A stretch of 64,000 bases of DNA. Origin: the human T2T-CHM13v2.0 reference genome, Homo sapiens. A program made the position numbers and the translations under genes. Positions within the stretch are counted from its first letter, which is position 1. Each line of letters begins with the position of its first letter. The stretch lies in NCBI RefSeq assembly GCF_009914755.1, contig NC_060938.1, one strand, 5' to 3'. This document shows positions 11,391-27,383 of this stretch, piece by piece. The notes below the pieces were generated by a model. That model did no database searches. It was not told where the DNA came from and worked only from the letters and a program-made list of their open reading frames with translations.

Positions 11391-12959
11391 AAAAGCAAAC
11401 AGAGCAGAGATTAATTAGCCATCCCCTTACAGGAATAAATCATAAGAAGGGAGGGGGCTTCCGGGGGCGGGTGGGTGCCTGCAGAACAGAGCAAGAGGAA
11501 TGCAATTGACAGGCATCCTGTCATCTTGTATTTTTTGGAGGGAATTCTGAGAATAAAAAGCCTTTGGAAGTTATCAGCGGTCAGGCTGGAGCCATTCATT
11601 TTTCACCTGCCTGTGTTTGTTGTCTGGCAGCCAGTCAAGGGTGCTATTAGCAGAATTAAGATCCAGAAGAAAAGATTATCCCGTAGAAGGCAAGATAAGG
11701 GGCTGGAAAGTGTGGCTGGTTATCAATATCACAATACCAAACAGGTCAGAAAGGATTTCGTATAGGTTTCACTTGAAGCAGGTAATCTCTGCAAAAATAA
11801 TGGAGTGCCTGTTCTTCCGAAACACTTCAGTACTGCAACATACTGCAGTTCATTTAAGATAAAGCGGCAGTTTTGCCAAGAGTCCCACAACTGCATTAGG
11901 CTGGAGAGTGGATAATAAAATGCTGCAACAACGTTCTTTTATTTCCTCTTATTCAGTTAACCCTGGGTAATGAAACAATCCTCCATCTCTCCCCCAGATC
12001 ATTTTTAATATTTTGAATGGTATAGTTTCATTCACTTTTCTTTCCTTTTCACTGAGGAAATATCTAAATGAAATTCCATAGTACAATTCAATATAAGAAA
12101 CAGGAGGAATGATTGTAACATCGTTTAAGTATTTAATTGTTAGATGTTTAAAATCATGAATAGTAGTGTAGATTCAGAGCAGCAACTTTTGCCTAGGGAA
12201 GTTTTGCCACTCTGGTATTGAAACATGTGTTTTCAAACAATGAATTGGAATGATGAAGGTTTTGAGTTCATGTCAGCACTGCAATTTACAAGAGTTCACA
12301 TGCAGCATGAACTTACATAGCATTTCACCATGTTGTCTATGAATCATTCAATTTTAAGCTCTGCAGCATATGGACAATTGCAAAATGCAGAGAAGAAAAC
12401 ACATTTGGAATTTCCATTTTATACACCTCATATCGGAAATAAATGGTTTTGTTTCCCCAAATATTTTTCATGTAAGTGACATGGGCTCTTTTTTTCCTTT
12501 TTTATCTTCTCCTTCTTAGAAAATTCAAGGAAATAGATAACTTGTTCTGCTAAATAATTTTTCAATGTACAGACATTTATATAATATGTACAATTATGGA
12601 GCAATCAACAATTAGCAGGTTATTTACTTTCAATTGTCATTCCAGTAGCAGTGATGGATTTATCCATCTATTACTTGATCGATAAAACACATTCCAAAGA
12701 CATCTACACTTAAGAGAAGTCTCTGACCATTGACAGAATAAAAAGAATCAAGATTATACCATTGCATCATCAATCAAGGTGACCAAACACACACTTAATG
12801 ACCAAGAGCTATCGATTTATTAATGAAAAAACAAAACCAATATACATTTAAAATAAAATGGGCTTTGATTTTCTTTAGAATTATAAACTTGAGTCTGTCA
12901 CAGCAATAATGAAATACTTCCATTTCATCAATGACTTTGAAAGACTATCAATGCCATAA

Positions 12960-13312
<353 letters not shown>

Positions 13313-13479
13313 AGAAGTAAATATCTTCCAAAGCATTTTTATTCTTTCTCCTTACTTTATGGTCTACATCCTGAAAAGGACAATACAAGAAAACTTTTTA
13401 AATGGTAACGGAACATTAAAACTCAGTTTTAAACAGTTTGAAATTAAACAATAAATGAAAACATTTTCACTATTTTTTA

Positions 13480-14120
13480 AATAACAACAATACAAAAGTA
13501 TATAGAATAAAAGCAAAAACCTCCTTTAAACACCCCCAATCTCCTCCTTGAAAATATACACACATCACACCTTCCTCCTCAGTCATAAGTGTGCAATTTT
13601 CAGAGCATTTTACAGACCTTTTTATATGCATCTGCAAACATATACATACATATAAACATGTAATAGGGAAAGTATTTTGTTTCAATAAAAATATTATACT
13701 ATATGTATTGTTCTATGAGTAGCTAGTCTTCACTTAACAATTTGTCTCAGGCATCATTCCAAGTCAGTATATTTAGACTAGAAGTTGTAAACTAGTAGGC
13801 CACATTCACAAATCCTTTTTTAAATTTTTTGAATTTGTTTTCAACATATAAAAGTCCACATTCTCCATTTCTTTAAAAAATGAAAAGATCCAGCCACATT
13901 ATACCCAATTCTCATACGGGGCCAATCAGAAACAGGAGCTTTGTGGTAGCTCCAGGGCACCACAAGCTCACACATCCCCCACCCCTACATCCAGCCTGGC
14001 CAGTTAGACCTCTGAATTTGCTATCCTGATGTGATATGTTTACACTGTTCTTTTTAAAGGCTGCATAATATTCCATAATACAGATGCACCGTAATTTATT
14101 TAGCCATTCCCCTATTTATA
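13480..14120 (-). mobile_element. L1ME fragment interrupted by a MER102-like element (~13780-14030)
   Basis: L1ME antisense motifs (TATACTATATGTATTGTTCT, GGCTGCATAATATTCCAT) on both sides of a hAT-like insert. Confidence 0.55.
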
Positions 14121-14198
14121 CATGCTTTTAAAGTTCAAGCTTTCATGCTATGTTCAGTAAGGCAGAATCAAATCCTATATTCAGAAATGAACTCCCCT

Positions 14199-14465
14199 AG
14201 GCTTGTATCTGTAATCCAGCACTCTGGGAGGCCAAGGCAGGAGGATCATTTGAGGACAAGAATTCAAGACCAGCCTGGGAAAAATAGTGAGACTCCAGTC
14301 TCTACAAAAAAAAAAAAATTAATTAGTCAAGAGAGATGGCATGCACCTATAGCTATTTAGGAGGCTGAGGCTGGAGGATCCCTTGAGCCCAGAAGTTTGA
14401 GGCTGCAGTGAGCTGTGATCATGCCACTGCACTCCCGCCTGGGCAACACAGTGCAACCCTGTCTC
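14199..14465 (+). mobile_element. AluJ (Jo/Jr-like), slightly 5'-truncated
   Basis: GGAGGATCCCTTGAGCCCAG and GGCTGCAGTGAGCTGTGATC; TSD ATGAACTCCCC at 14187-14197 and from 14699. Confidence 0.9.
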
Positions 14466-14551
14466 AAAAAAAGAAGAAAGGAAAGGAAAGAAAAGAAAAG
14501 AAAAAAGAAAAGAAAAAAGAAAAGAAGGAGAAAGAAAGAAAGAAAGAAAGA

Positions 14552-14600
<49 letters not shown>

Positions 14601-14625
14601 GAAAGAAAGAAAGAAAGAAAGAAAG

Positions 14626-14668
<43 letters not shown>

Positions 14669-14699
14669 AGGAAAGAAGGAAGGAAGGAAGGAAGGAAGA
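14466..14699 (+). repeat. Compound (AAAAG)n(AAAG)n(AAGG)n pure-purine microsatellite derived from the Alu tail
   Basis: 234 nt of only A/G between the Alu body and its TSD. Confidence 0.97.
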
Positions 14700-16529
14700 T
14701 GAACTCCCCCCTTCTAAAAAATTTACCAGTTTATTTTCCCCCAGTTTGTGAACAGCCTACACCCATAACTGATGATGCCTTACAAAACTTTACAAAAATA
14801 TAAAGGATTGTTTTATATTTTCACCTTTGAAAAATGATATTTTAATTGAGAGACCAGAGGCCAAGGGATGGGGAATAGGGAGGGGAATCCTAAAAGATAA
14901 AGAAAACTCAATCAGAAATTAATAGGGTGGATTCCATATGTTGTTTAGTAAAATTGGGATTTTTCTCTTTTTAAAAAATATGTATCTCTGGCTTAAAAGT
15001 GACCAAAACCTGCTGATTAATTATGGTATTCTCTGGTATCTTTTATCACCTCTATCTGTTCTTATTCTCCTTCTTCTCTGTTGTATATTCTCCTTGCTCA
15101 AAAAAAATTTCTAAGAGCATATAAAGTTCCCATTGCAGGGCTTTGCAACAAAAATGGAATGGCAATCTGAAAAGTTCAACAATTATTCCTCCAAAGTCAT
15201 GCTGTTCATATGAATACAGCTGACAGACTTCTAACAAGAAGGGCAAAATCACAGTTACAATTTAGTAGCTGTAGTATAAACTTGAGCCAAAAATCAAAGT
15301 ACATGTGAAAGTGATAAGAAACTAGAATTTTTTTAAATGGTCTATCAGCCAAAATAAGAAATACACATGGAGTGATGCAATTGCTAGGCTCAGAGGAACA
15401 AAATTTTTGCCTGTGTAATTTGATGTGAAGTAAGAGTTTTCCTGCTCCAAATAAAAAGTAGACACTGAGACAAAATGTGCCTACCTCCCATGGTTTTTTC
15501 TTCCTATTCGAATGATCAGAAAATCCCCAAACTTGCCAATTTTTTTTCTAGTGGGCTACAGAAAACACAAAAGTAGAGAACATTTTACATATAGTTAGTT
15601 TTCATGGGGGTCTTATTTATCTGGTGCATATTTATTAATCAGAAATCAACCAAAGTTTATCTGTCTTTCTCACCTAAATTGAACTTTAATGATCCTTTAC
15701 CTGTAGGTGTGACACTTTGAAATAAATATATGCATCTATTGAATCTCTTCCATGTGCTGAGGTGTAAAGAATATTCTTCTTTGACTATTTCAATAGAAAA
15801 TGGCCATTATCTGAAAACCTTATGAATTCAGCAAATAAAGTATTGTTAGAACAAGCTAATTCAAAAGAACATTGCTTATCCTTGTTAAAAAAAAAAAAAA
15901 AACCCAAGCACTTTTTTTAGTCTTTACTGCTTATTTGAGCTATTAAAGATATTTCCCAGATAAACTAAAATAAAACTTTAAGTTTTACACAAAAGGCATC
16001 TTACACTCCTAACAGAAACCGAGAACATTGTACTTTCTGATTAGATCACTCAGATTCCCCAGCTGATTTAAAAGGTACCCTGTGTAGGGCTGCTCTGGGG
16101 TGTATAGAATACAACAGTCCCTTTAAAACAATAACAGAAATGCTTGCAATTCCTTGCAATAGTCCCTTCCCCATCCTTTGAGGTTACAGATAAACTAAAT
16201 CATCACTGCATGTTATCTTTAACCAGATTCTCATAATATCTGCTCCTTTCCCATTATTATTGTCAAACCCATCTTAATAGAAATTTTGTTTAAAATTACA
16301 ACCCCTATGGTATTTCAGTAGCAGCAAATTTGAGAAAACTGACTGCAAAAAATAAAAGTCCCAGAGGGTGATGTAGGATTTGGGTCTACAATGAAATACA
16401 GCAGATTCCCTAAACTATGCAGGCCTAGCAAAGTCTGTGCCTCCCAGATGCTCTAATCTGCCTTTCTGGTCAACATTCAGAGTAGCTGAAGGCAGATAAT
16501 CTTATCACTGAACAATCATCACTGAACCA

Positions 16530-16780
16530 TAATGCATAGATTGGTGCCTATATGTGCCAAGTACTATGTTAGGTACTTGAGGTATAAAAATGGGTAAGAC
16601 ACAAGGCCTGCTGTAAGGAAGTTCACAGTGTGGGGTATCTGGGCAGACCAGACTGGTGAAAATACAACTACAAGGCATGCATTGTAGCTGATGCCAAAAT
16701 AGAAACATGCACAAGAGAACACAGAAAAGGGATTAACTCTGCTTTTGGTGGAGAAGTGGAGAATGATCAAGGAAAGCAAG
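16530..16780 (-). mobile_element. L2 3' fragment
   Basis: GTGCCTATATGTGCCAAGTACTATGTTAGGTACTTGAGG...AAGGAAGTTCACAGT. Confidence 0.65.
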
Positions 16781-17599
16781 CAGACCTATTATGATAAGGG
16801 CAAGAATAGTTCCCTTTTCATCCAGTTCTGGTGTTTGCTGATCCAGGAGCCATCTATTGATTGCTGGCAGAGGTTTGCAGGTTGATATCCCAAAGTTCTA
16901 ACAAAGACATAGATCTCCTAGCTTTTAAAGAATATGTTTGCATTTTCTAGCTAACTTACAGTGATTTCACTACTTGACAAAACTGAATAATGATTTCTTT
17001 TCCCATCCTTCAGGCCGCAGTAAAAACAGTCAGGGATGGAAAGCTGATCTCAAGATCTCTCTGCTTGTGTATTGTCCAGAATTGTGTATATTTTTACTTC
17101 AGCCTTAAAAAGCATGTGCACATATGCAAGTGCCAAAGGCTTATGATGAAAGTAGAAACACAGAAATATGTTCAGACAGGTTTTATGTTCCTTTCGAACG
17201 CTGCTATCTGATATCTGGATTCAGCCAAGTTTAACATATCCTTGAACTCACAGATATATCTCAGGTGGCAGCCCAATAAATCCCTGCATAATTTTCCATT
17301 GAGCTTATCTGATTAGATAAGCTGTACATTTCTAAGATCTTCCTTAAGAAATAATATTAGATAAAGTGGTCCATTTTATATTACCAAAGAAGCAGCCTGT
17401 ATTTATTACAGGAAAATCTCAACAGTCGGACATCCATAGATCTGTGAATTCTCTCCTCAATCTTAGCTTTAAATTTCCACACACAACTTTTAGTGTATGA
17501 AAAACACTACATTGTCTGTTCCCATTAAAACAAGTTAAGTAGGAGGAACTAAGAGTTTCTAGGAATCATAACATAGAAGATGATATTAATCACACCTCA

Positions 17600-18130
17600 A
17601 AAATGCAAATCTAAAAACAAGACACTTTCTTTGTTGCCTGTTAAATTACTAGAGATTTAAAATGTAGCAGTAACCAGTATATACAAGCATAGAGAGAAAC
17701 CAATACATATATACTACTAGTAAGGGTTTTCATTTGCTTCACTCTTTTAGAGGCAATTTGGCAATGTATGTGAAAATGTATATACTATTTGACCTACCAA
17801 CTCCATTTCTAGGAACTTATCCCTATAACAGAATCAGAGATGCACTTTCAATATACTTCAAAAACAACTAAATGTCCAACATTTAGAGATTGACTAAATA
17901 AGGTCTGGTACATGCTTATACTAGAGCATTATCATGTTTTTAAAAGAATATTTAATAAAACAGAAAATACTTGCAATATTGTTATAGTAGAAAAACGCAA
18001 ATTACAAAACACCAAGCATAGCATGATTACATTTTCAATACATATACATACACTCATGTAAGTACAAATATCCAAACAAAAATAGATTGAACATGAACAT
18101 ACTAAAATATTAATATTATGTGTATTACAT
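17600..18130 (+). mobile_element. Old L1M fragment
   Basis: AAATGCAAATCTAAAAACAAG...GGCAATTTGGCAAT...TTTGACCTACCAACTCCATTTCTAGGAACTTATCC. Confidence 0.6.
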
Positions 18131-18141
18131 GATATGGCATA

Positions 18142-18475
18142 CAGTTGTCCCTCTGTATCTGCAGGGGATTGGTTCCAGGACCCCCCTCAGATACCAAAAT
18201 TTATGGATTCTCAAGTCCCTGACATACAATGGTGTAATATTTGCAGGTGACCTACACACATTCTCCTGTATTCTTTAAATCATCTCTAGATTTCTTATAA
18301 TATCTAATACAATGTAAGAGCCATGAAAATAGCTGTTACACTGCATTGTTTAGAAAATAATGACAAGGAAAAAAGTCTGTAGATGTTCAGTACAGATGAA
18401 ATGTTTCTGAATAATTTTGATCCATGGTTGGTTGAATACATAGATATGGAACCCACAGACACAGAGGGTGGACTG
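18142..18475 (+). mobile_element. MER2 (Tigger-family MITE)
   Basis: TA TSDs, TIR CAGTTGTCCCTCTGTATC / GAGGGTGGACTG, MER2 body GGATTGGTTCCAGGACCCCC. Confidence 0.92.
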
Positions 18476-19579
18476 TATATCACATCATTTGCAATAATAA
18501 TATATGTACACGTTAGTTTAAAAATCAGATTTTACTGGAGAGCACAAAGCAATATCCCGGTAGAAAGTGGCAAAGTTGAAATTTTTTATACTTACACACA
18601 TCATTTCAAGCACTTTGGGGTATAAACAGTCTGATTTCTTAAAAGAAGCTTATTCTATAATGTAAGATAGAATACAAGTGTCAACACACAATTTATCCTT
18701 GAAATAAAAAGGATATTTTCACTTTTCCTTTCCCACCCTACTAAGAGAACACACTTATACAAAATAAAGATAAATAGTGTGTTGGCACAACAGCTGCCTT
18801 TATGCTTCTAGAACCCTGGTGGATGAAATTAATATCTTTTGTTCATACCCACCATAAATATCAGCAGCCTACTAAGTTAAGCAGAGTATGGTTTCTATGA
18901 CAACCACTGATCAGGAGTGAAACTCAAAGAAATGACTAATTAACAAGAACCTAATTCAGATATGCCAAGAAAGAAATATTATACATTACTATTTATTTCC
19001 ATTGCACTTCTTATATAAGCACAGTCATATACAATTTCCCATTACACTTCCCTTGTAGTGTAATTACAAAATTGTAGTTACACTGCCAGATTTAAAATGA
19101 GAGGAGAAATGGCTCAGCCAGATATTCAGTGATTATTGTGCGATTGAAGCACTGAAAAATGGGAGAGGTCCTGGAAATACATACCTGGTGACTATCTGCC
19201 CAAAATTTGGTAACAAAAGATAGATAATAGTGGTTGCTTAGCAGCTGTTGTTTTAAGAACAAAAACCCTGTTTCTTGCCATATCATCCTTAATTCTTGAC
19301 AAAGAGAAGTGCCACAAAACTTTGACTCTGCTGGGGGTGAGATTTAAGTGAAGGGTCAATGTTATCTTTTAAATGTTTCGTTTCCAGATAAGCCAGATCC
19401 TTAAGAGCATCCTAACGTGTGATTGCAAGGCAATTAGTTCACCTTTTTCCCTTGGGAAAAATAATCTTCACAAAACACCTTCATGTGTGTTAGCGCTATT
19501 TGGTGAAATTTCCCATAATTAACACAAATTTGAGCCCAAAAAAATAATAAAGATGGTTATCTTAAAACTTCAGTATATG

Positions 19580-19873
19580 GGCCAGGCACAGTGGCTCATG
19601 CCTGTAATCCCAGCACTTTGGGAGGCCAAGGTGGGCGGATCACAAGGTCAAGAGATCAAGACCATCCTGGCCAATGTGGTGAAATTCCTTCTCTACTAAA
19701 AATACAAAAATTAGGTGGGTGTGGTGGTGTGCATCTGTAGTCCCAGCTACTCGGGAGGCTGAGGCAGGAGAATCGCTTGAACCTGGGAGGCAGAGTTCAC
19801 ACTAAGCCAAGATTGTGCCACTGCACTCCAGCCTGGCAACAAAGTGAGACTCTGTGTCAAAAAATAAATAAAA
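19580..19873 (+). mobile_element. AluSc whose A-tail is split by the L1PA3
   Basis: Sc-type GGATCACAAGGTCAAGAGATC; left TSD AAAACTTCAGTATATG (19564-19579) matches AACCCTCCAGCATATG (26074-26089) at 12/16. Confidence 0.9.
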
Positions 19874-20014
19874 GGAGGGGCTGGAGCCAAGATGGCCGAA
19901 TAGAAACAGCTCCGGTCTACAGCTCCCAGCGTGAGCGACGCAGAAGACTGGTGATTTCTGCATTTCCATCTGAGGTACTGAGTTCATCTCACTAGGGAGT
20001 GCCAGACAGTGGGC

Positions 20015-20329
20015 TCAGGACAGTGGGTGCAGCACACCGTGCACGAGCCAAAGCAGGGCGAGGCATTGCCTCACTCGGGAAGTGCAAGGGGTCAGGGAGT
20101 TCTCTTTCCTAGTCAAAGAAAGGGGTGACAGACAGCACCTGGAAAATCGGGTCACTCCCACCCCAATACTGCGCTTTTCCGACAGGCTTAAAAAACGGCG
20201 CACCAGGAGATTATATCCTGCACCTGGCTCAGAGGGTCCTACACCCACAGAGTCTCGCTGATTGCTAGCACAGCAGTCTGAGATCAAACTACAAGGCGGC
20301 AGCGAGGCTGGAGGAGGGGCGCCCGCCAT
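20015..20329 (-). CDS. L1 ORF0 (antisense), open 104-codon form
   Basis: MAGAPPPASLPPCSLISDCCASNQRDSVGVGPSEPG... from the ATG at 20327-20329; expression unproven. Confidence 0.55.
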   Translation of the reverse strand: MAGAPPPASLPPCSLISDCCASNQRDSVGVGPSEPGAGYNLLVRRFLSLSEKRSIGVGVTRFSRCCLSPLSLTRKENSLTPCTSRVRQCLALLWLVHGVLHPLS

Positions 20330-20912
20330 TGCCCAGGCTTGCTTAGGTAAACAAAGCAGCCGGGAAGCTCGAACTGGGTGGAGCCCACCACAGCTCAAGG
20401 AGGCCTGCCTGCCTCTGTAGGCTCCACCTCTGGGGGCAGGGCACAGACAAACAAAAAGACAACAGTAACCTCTGCAGACTTAAATGTCCCTGTCTGACAG
20501 CTTTGAAGAAAGCAGTGGTTCTCCCAGCACACAGCTGGAGATCTGAGAACGAGCAGACTGCCTCCTCAAGTGGGTCCCTGACCCCTGACCCCTGAGCAGC
20601 CTAACTGGGAGGCACCCCCAAGTAGGGGCAGACTGACACCTCACACGACCAGGTACTCCTCTGAGACAAAACTTCCAGAGGAACGATCAGACAGCAGCAT
20701 TCGTGGTTCACGAAAATCCACTGTTCTGCAGCCACTGCTGCTGGTACCCAGGCAAACAGGGTCTGGAGTGGACCTCTAGCAAACTCCAACAGACCTGCAG
20801 CTGAGGGTCCTGTCTGTTAGAAGGAAAACTAACAAACAGAAAGGACATCCACACCAAAAACCCATCTGTACATCACCATCATCAAAGACCAAAAGTAGAT
20901 AAAACCACAAAG

Positions 20913-21921
20913 ATGGGGAAAAAACAGAGCAGAAAAACTCTAAAAAGCAGAGTGCCTCTCCTCCTCCAAAGGAACGCAGTTCCTCACCAGCAACGGAACA
21001 AAGCTGGATGGAGAATGACTTTGACGAGTTGAGAGAAGAAGGCTTCAGACAATCAAACTACTCCAAGCTAAAGGAGGAAATTCAAACCAAAGGCAAAGAA
21101 GTTAAAAACTTTGAAAAAAATTTAGAAGAATGTGTAACTAGAATAACCAATACAGAGAAGTGCTTAAAGGAGCTGATAGAGCTGAAAGCCAAGTCTCGAG
21201 AACTACGTGAAGAATGCAGAAGCCTCAGGAGCCAATGCGATAAACTGGAAGAAAGGGTATCAGTGATGGAAGATGAAATGAATGAAATGAAGCGAGAAGG
21301 GAAGTTTAGAGAAAAAAAATAAAAAGAAACGAACAAAGCCTCCAAGAAATACGGGACTATGTGAAAAGACCAAATCTACGTCTGACTGGTGTACCTGAAA
21401 GTGACAGGGAGAAAAGAACCAAGTTGGAAAACAGTCTGCAGGATATTATCCAGGAGAACTTCCCCAATCTAGCAAGGCAGGCCAACATTCAGATTCAGGA
21501 AATACAGAGAACGCCACAAAGATACTCCTCGAGAAGAGCAACTCCAAGACACATAAGTGTCAGATTCACCAAAGTTGAAATGAAAGAAAAAATGTTAAGG
21601 GCAGCCAGAGAGAAAGGTCGGGTTACCCACAAAGGGAAGCCCGTCAGACTAACAGCGGATCTCTCGGCAGAAACTCTACAACCCAGAAGAGAGTGGGGGC
21701 CAATATTCAACTTTCTTAAAGAGAAGAATTTTCAACCCAGAATTTCATATCCAGACAAACTAAGCTTCATAAGTGAAGGAGAAATAAAATACTTTACAGA
21801 CAAGCAAATGCTGAGAGATTTTGTCACCACCAGGCCTGCGCTAAAAGAGCTCCTGAAGGAAGCACTAAACATGGAAAGGAACAACTGGTACCAGCCACTG
21901 CAAAATCATGCCAAATTGTAA
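20913..21921 (+). pseudogene. L1 ORF1p, frameshifted
   Basis: MGKKQSRK start; apparent 7-bp deletion near 20940 and 1-bp loss near 21318; coiled-coil and RRM/CTD pieces at 21008-21322 and 21361-21921. Confidence 0.92.
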
Positions 21922-21984
21922 AGACCATCAAGGCTAGGAAGAAACTGCATCAACTAACGAGCAAAATAACCAGCTAACATCATA

Positions 21985-25807
<3,823 letters not shown>

Positions 25808-27142
25808 ACAATGAGAACACATGGACACAGGAAGGGGAACATCACACTCTGGGGACTGTTGTGGGGTGGGGGGAGGGGGGAGGGATAGCTTTAGGAGATA
25901 TACCTAATGCTAAATGACGAGTTAATGGGTGCAGCACACCAGCATGGCACATGTATACATATGTAACTAACCTGCACATTGTGCACATGCACCCTAATAC
26001 TTAAAGTATAATAATAATACAATAAAATAAAATAAAAATATCAAAACAGAAATAAATAAAGAAAAGAAAAAAAAACCCTCCAGCATATGGACATTTCACT
26101 TGGAGGAGGTCATGGGTGTTATGCTTTAAGAGGGACTGCAGCAGAAGTGGGTGACCCCTCCAGGGAAGTCTCCCTTTTGGCCTCAGAGAGAGGAGAGGTG
26201 GGGATGTGACCATTCAGTCTCCTTCCTTGCTACTCATTGGCCTCTTTCTGCCTCTTTTTGAGTAGAATTCCAAATCTATTTAGTATAGATTTAATAAAGC
26301 ATTTGTATTCACAACCTCTTCTTCAAGGATGTGCACCAAGAAACCAATGGATGCTCAAGCAGAACTGCAAAATTGTTAAGAAAAATAAGGGAAAATTTGA
26401 CCCAACATATAAATCTCCTATTATATATCATTTCTGTGATAAATCTGATACTCAGGTATACAACTTTATTCTTTGAGGTTTTCTAGGCCCTAAAGAATAG
26501 GCTGCAAGCAAAGATCTGATATCCTTGAATTAAACACCATAAAACAGAAAACTAAATTAGACCAATTTCTAAATAACCCTTTATAAGTAGTAAAATATAT
26601 TTAAAACATTAAACAAAAATGGTAAGTTAAGCAACTGCTCCTGGGCCTCTCTGAGGCCCACAGTTTAATATCTCTCAAAGGATGCAGCAATTTACAGGTA
26701 TATTCTCCACCAAAAAAAAAAAAAAATGTTGGCTTTAACTCAAAAGTTAACCTCAGGTCTCATATATTCCAAATTTCCTTCTGACAAGCAGAAATGAAGA
26801 AAGCTTGTCCACTTAATTACAGAGAAGGAAAAACTAATACAAACTTAATCATATATCTTCAGTAAGAGGTCCCAAAACAATTAAAGTGAAGAAGGGACAT
26901 AATAACATTCACAGTGCTCCCATTGTTTGCAATGTCACAGCAGAAAAAAAAAATGCCCCAACACCAAACCCCTAGATAGTTTTCAAAGGATGAAGATCAA
27001 TGCTGAAAATTCAACAAGTATATCAGGATCACCTCCCCGCCACCACTGCCACACACACAGATATCACCAGTTTCACAATTTCCCTCCATTTATGAATTTA
27101 GCAAGCATTTGTTGAGTGTGTGCCAGGCATTGCAATTAAACT

Positions 27143-27383
27143 GTGTATCAGGGAAGATTTTAGGTTACAAACAACAGAATCCACTCTGGCAAGGCAAAAA
27201 GAATTTATTAAACAGTATTAAATGGATCAAGACTCTCCGGAAGGGCAAGAAAGCCAAACCCTGAAGCTACACCACCAGGGATGATGCTCAACCATAGCCC
27301 TGAAGGAAAACATTGATTACACCAATACTCAGTACCTATGACCCTTAGGACTGGAGGCAAGGAACTCTGCCACTGTCCCCTCC
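27143..27383 (-). mobile_element. Old MLT1-type LTR, left part (continues ~29333-29560)
   Basis: TGTATCAGGGAAGATTTTAGGTTACAAACAACAGAATCCACTCTGGC; resumes after the MST insertion. Confidence 0.6.

Noticed and set aside
14408-14803. Lys/Glu/Arg-rich ORFs
   Set aside because: Translation artefacts of the stop-free (AAAG)n tract
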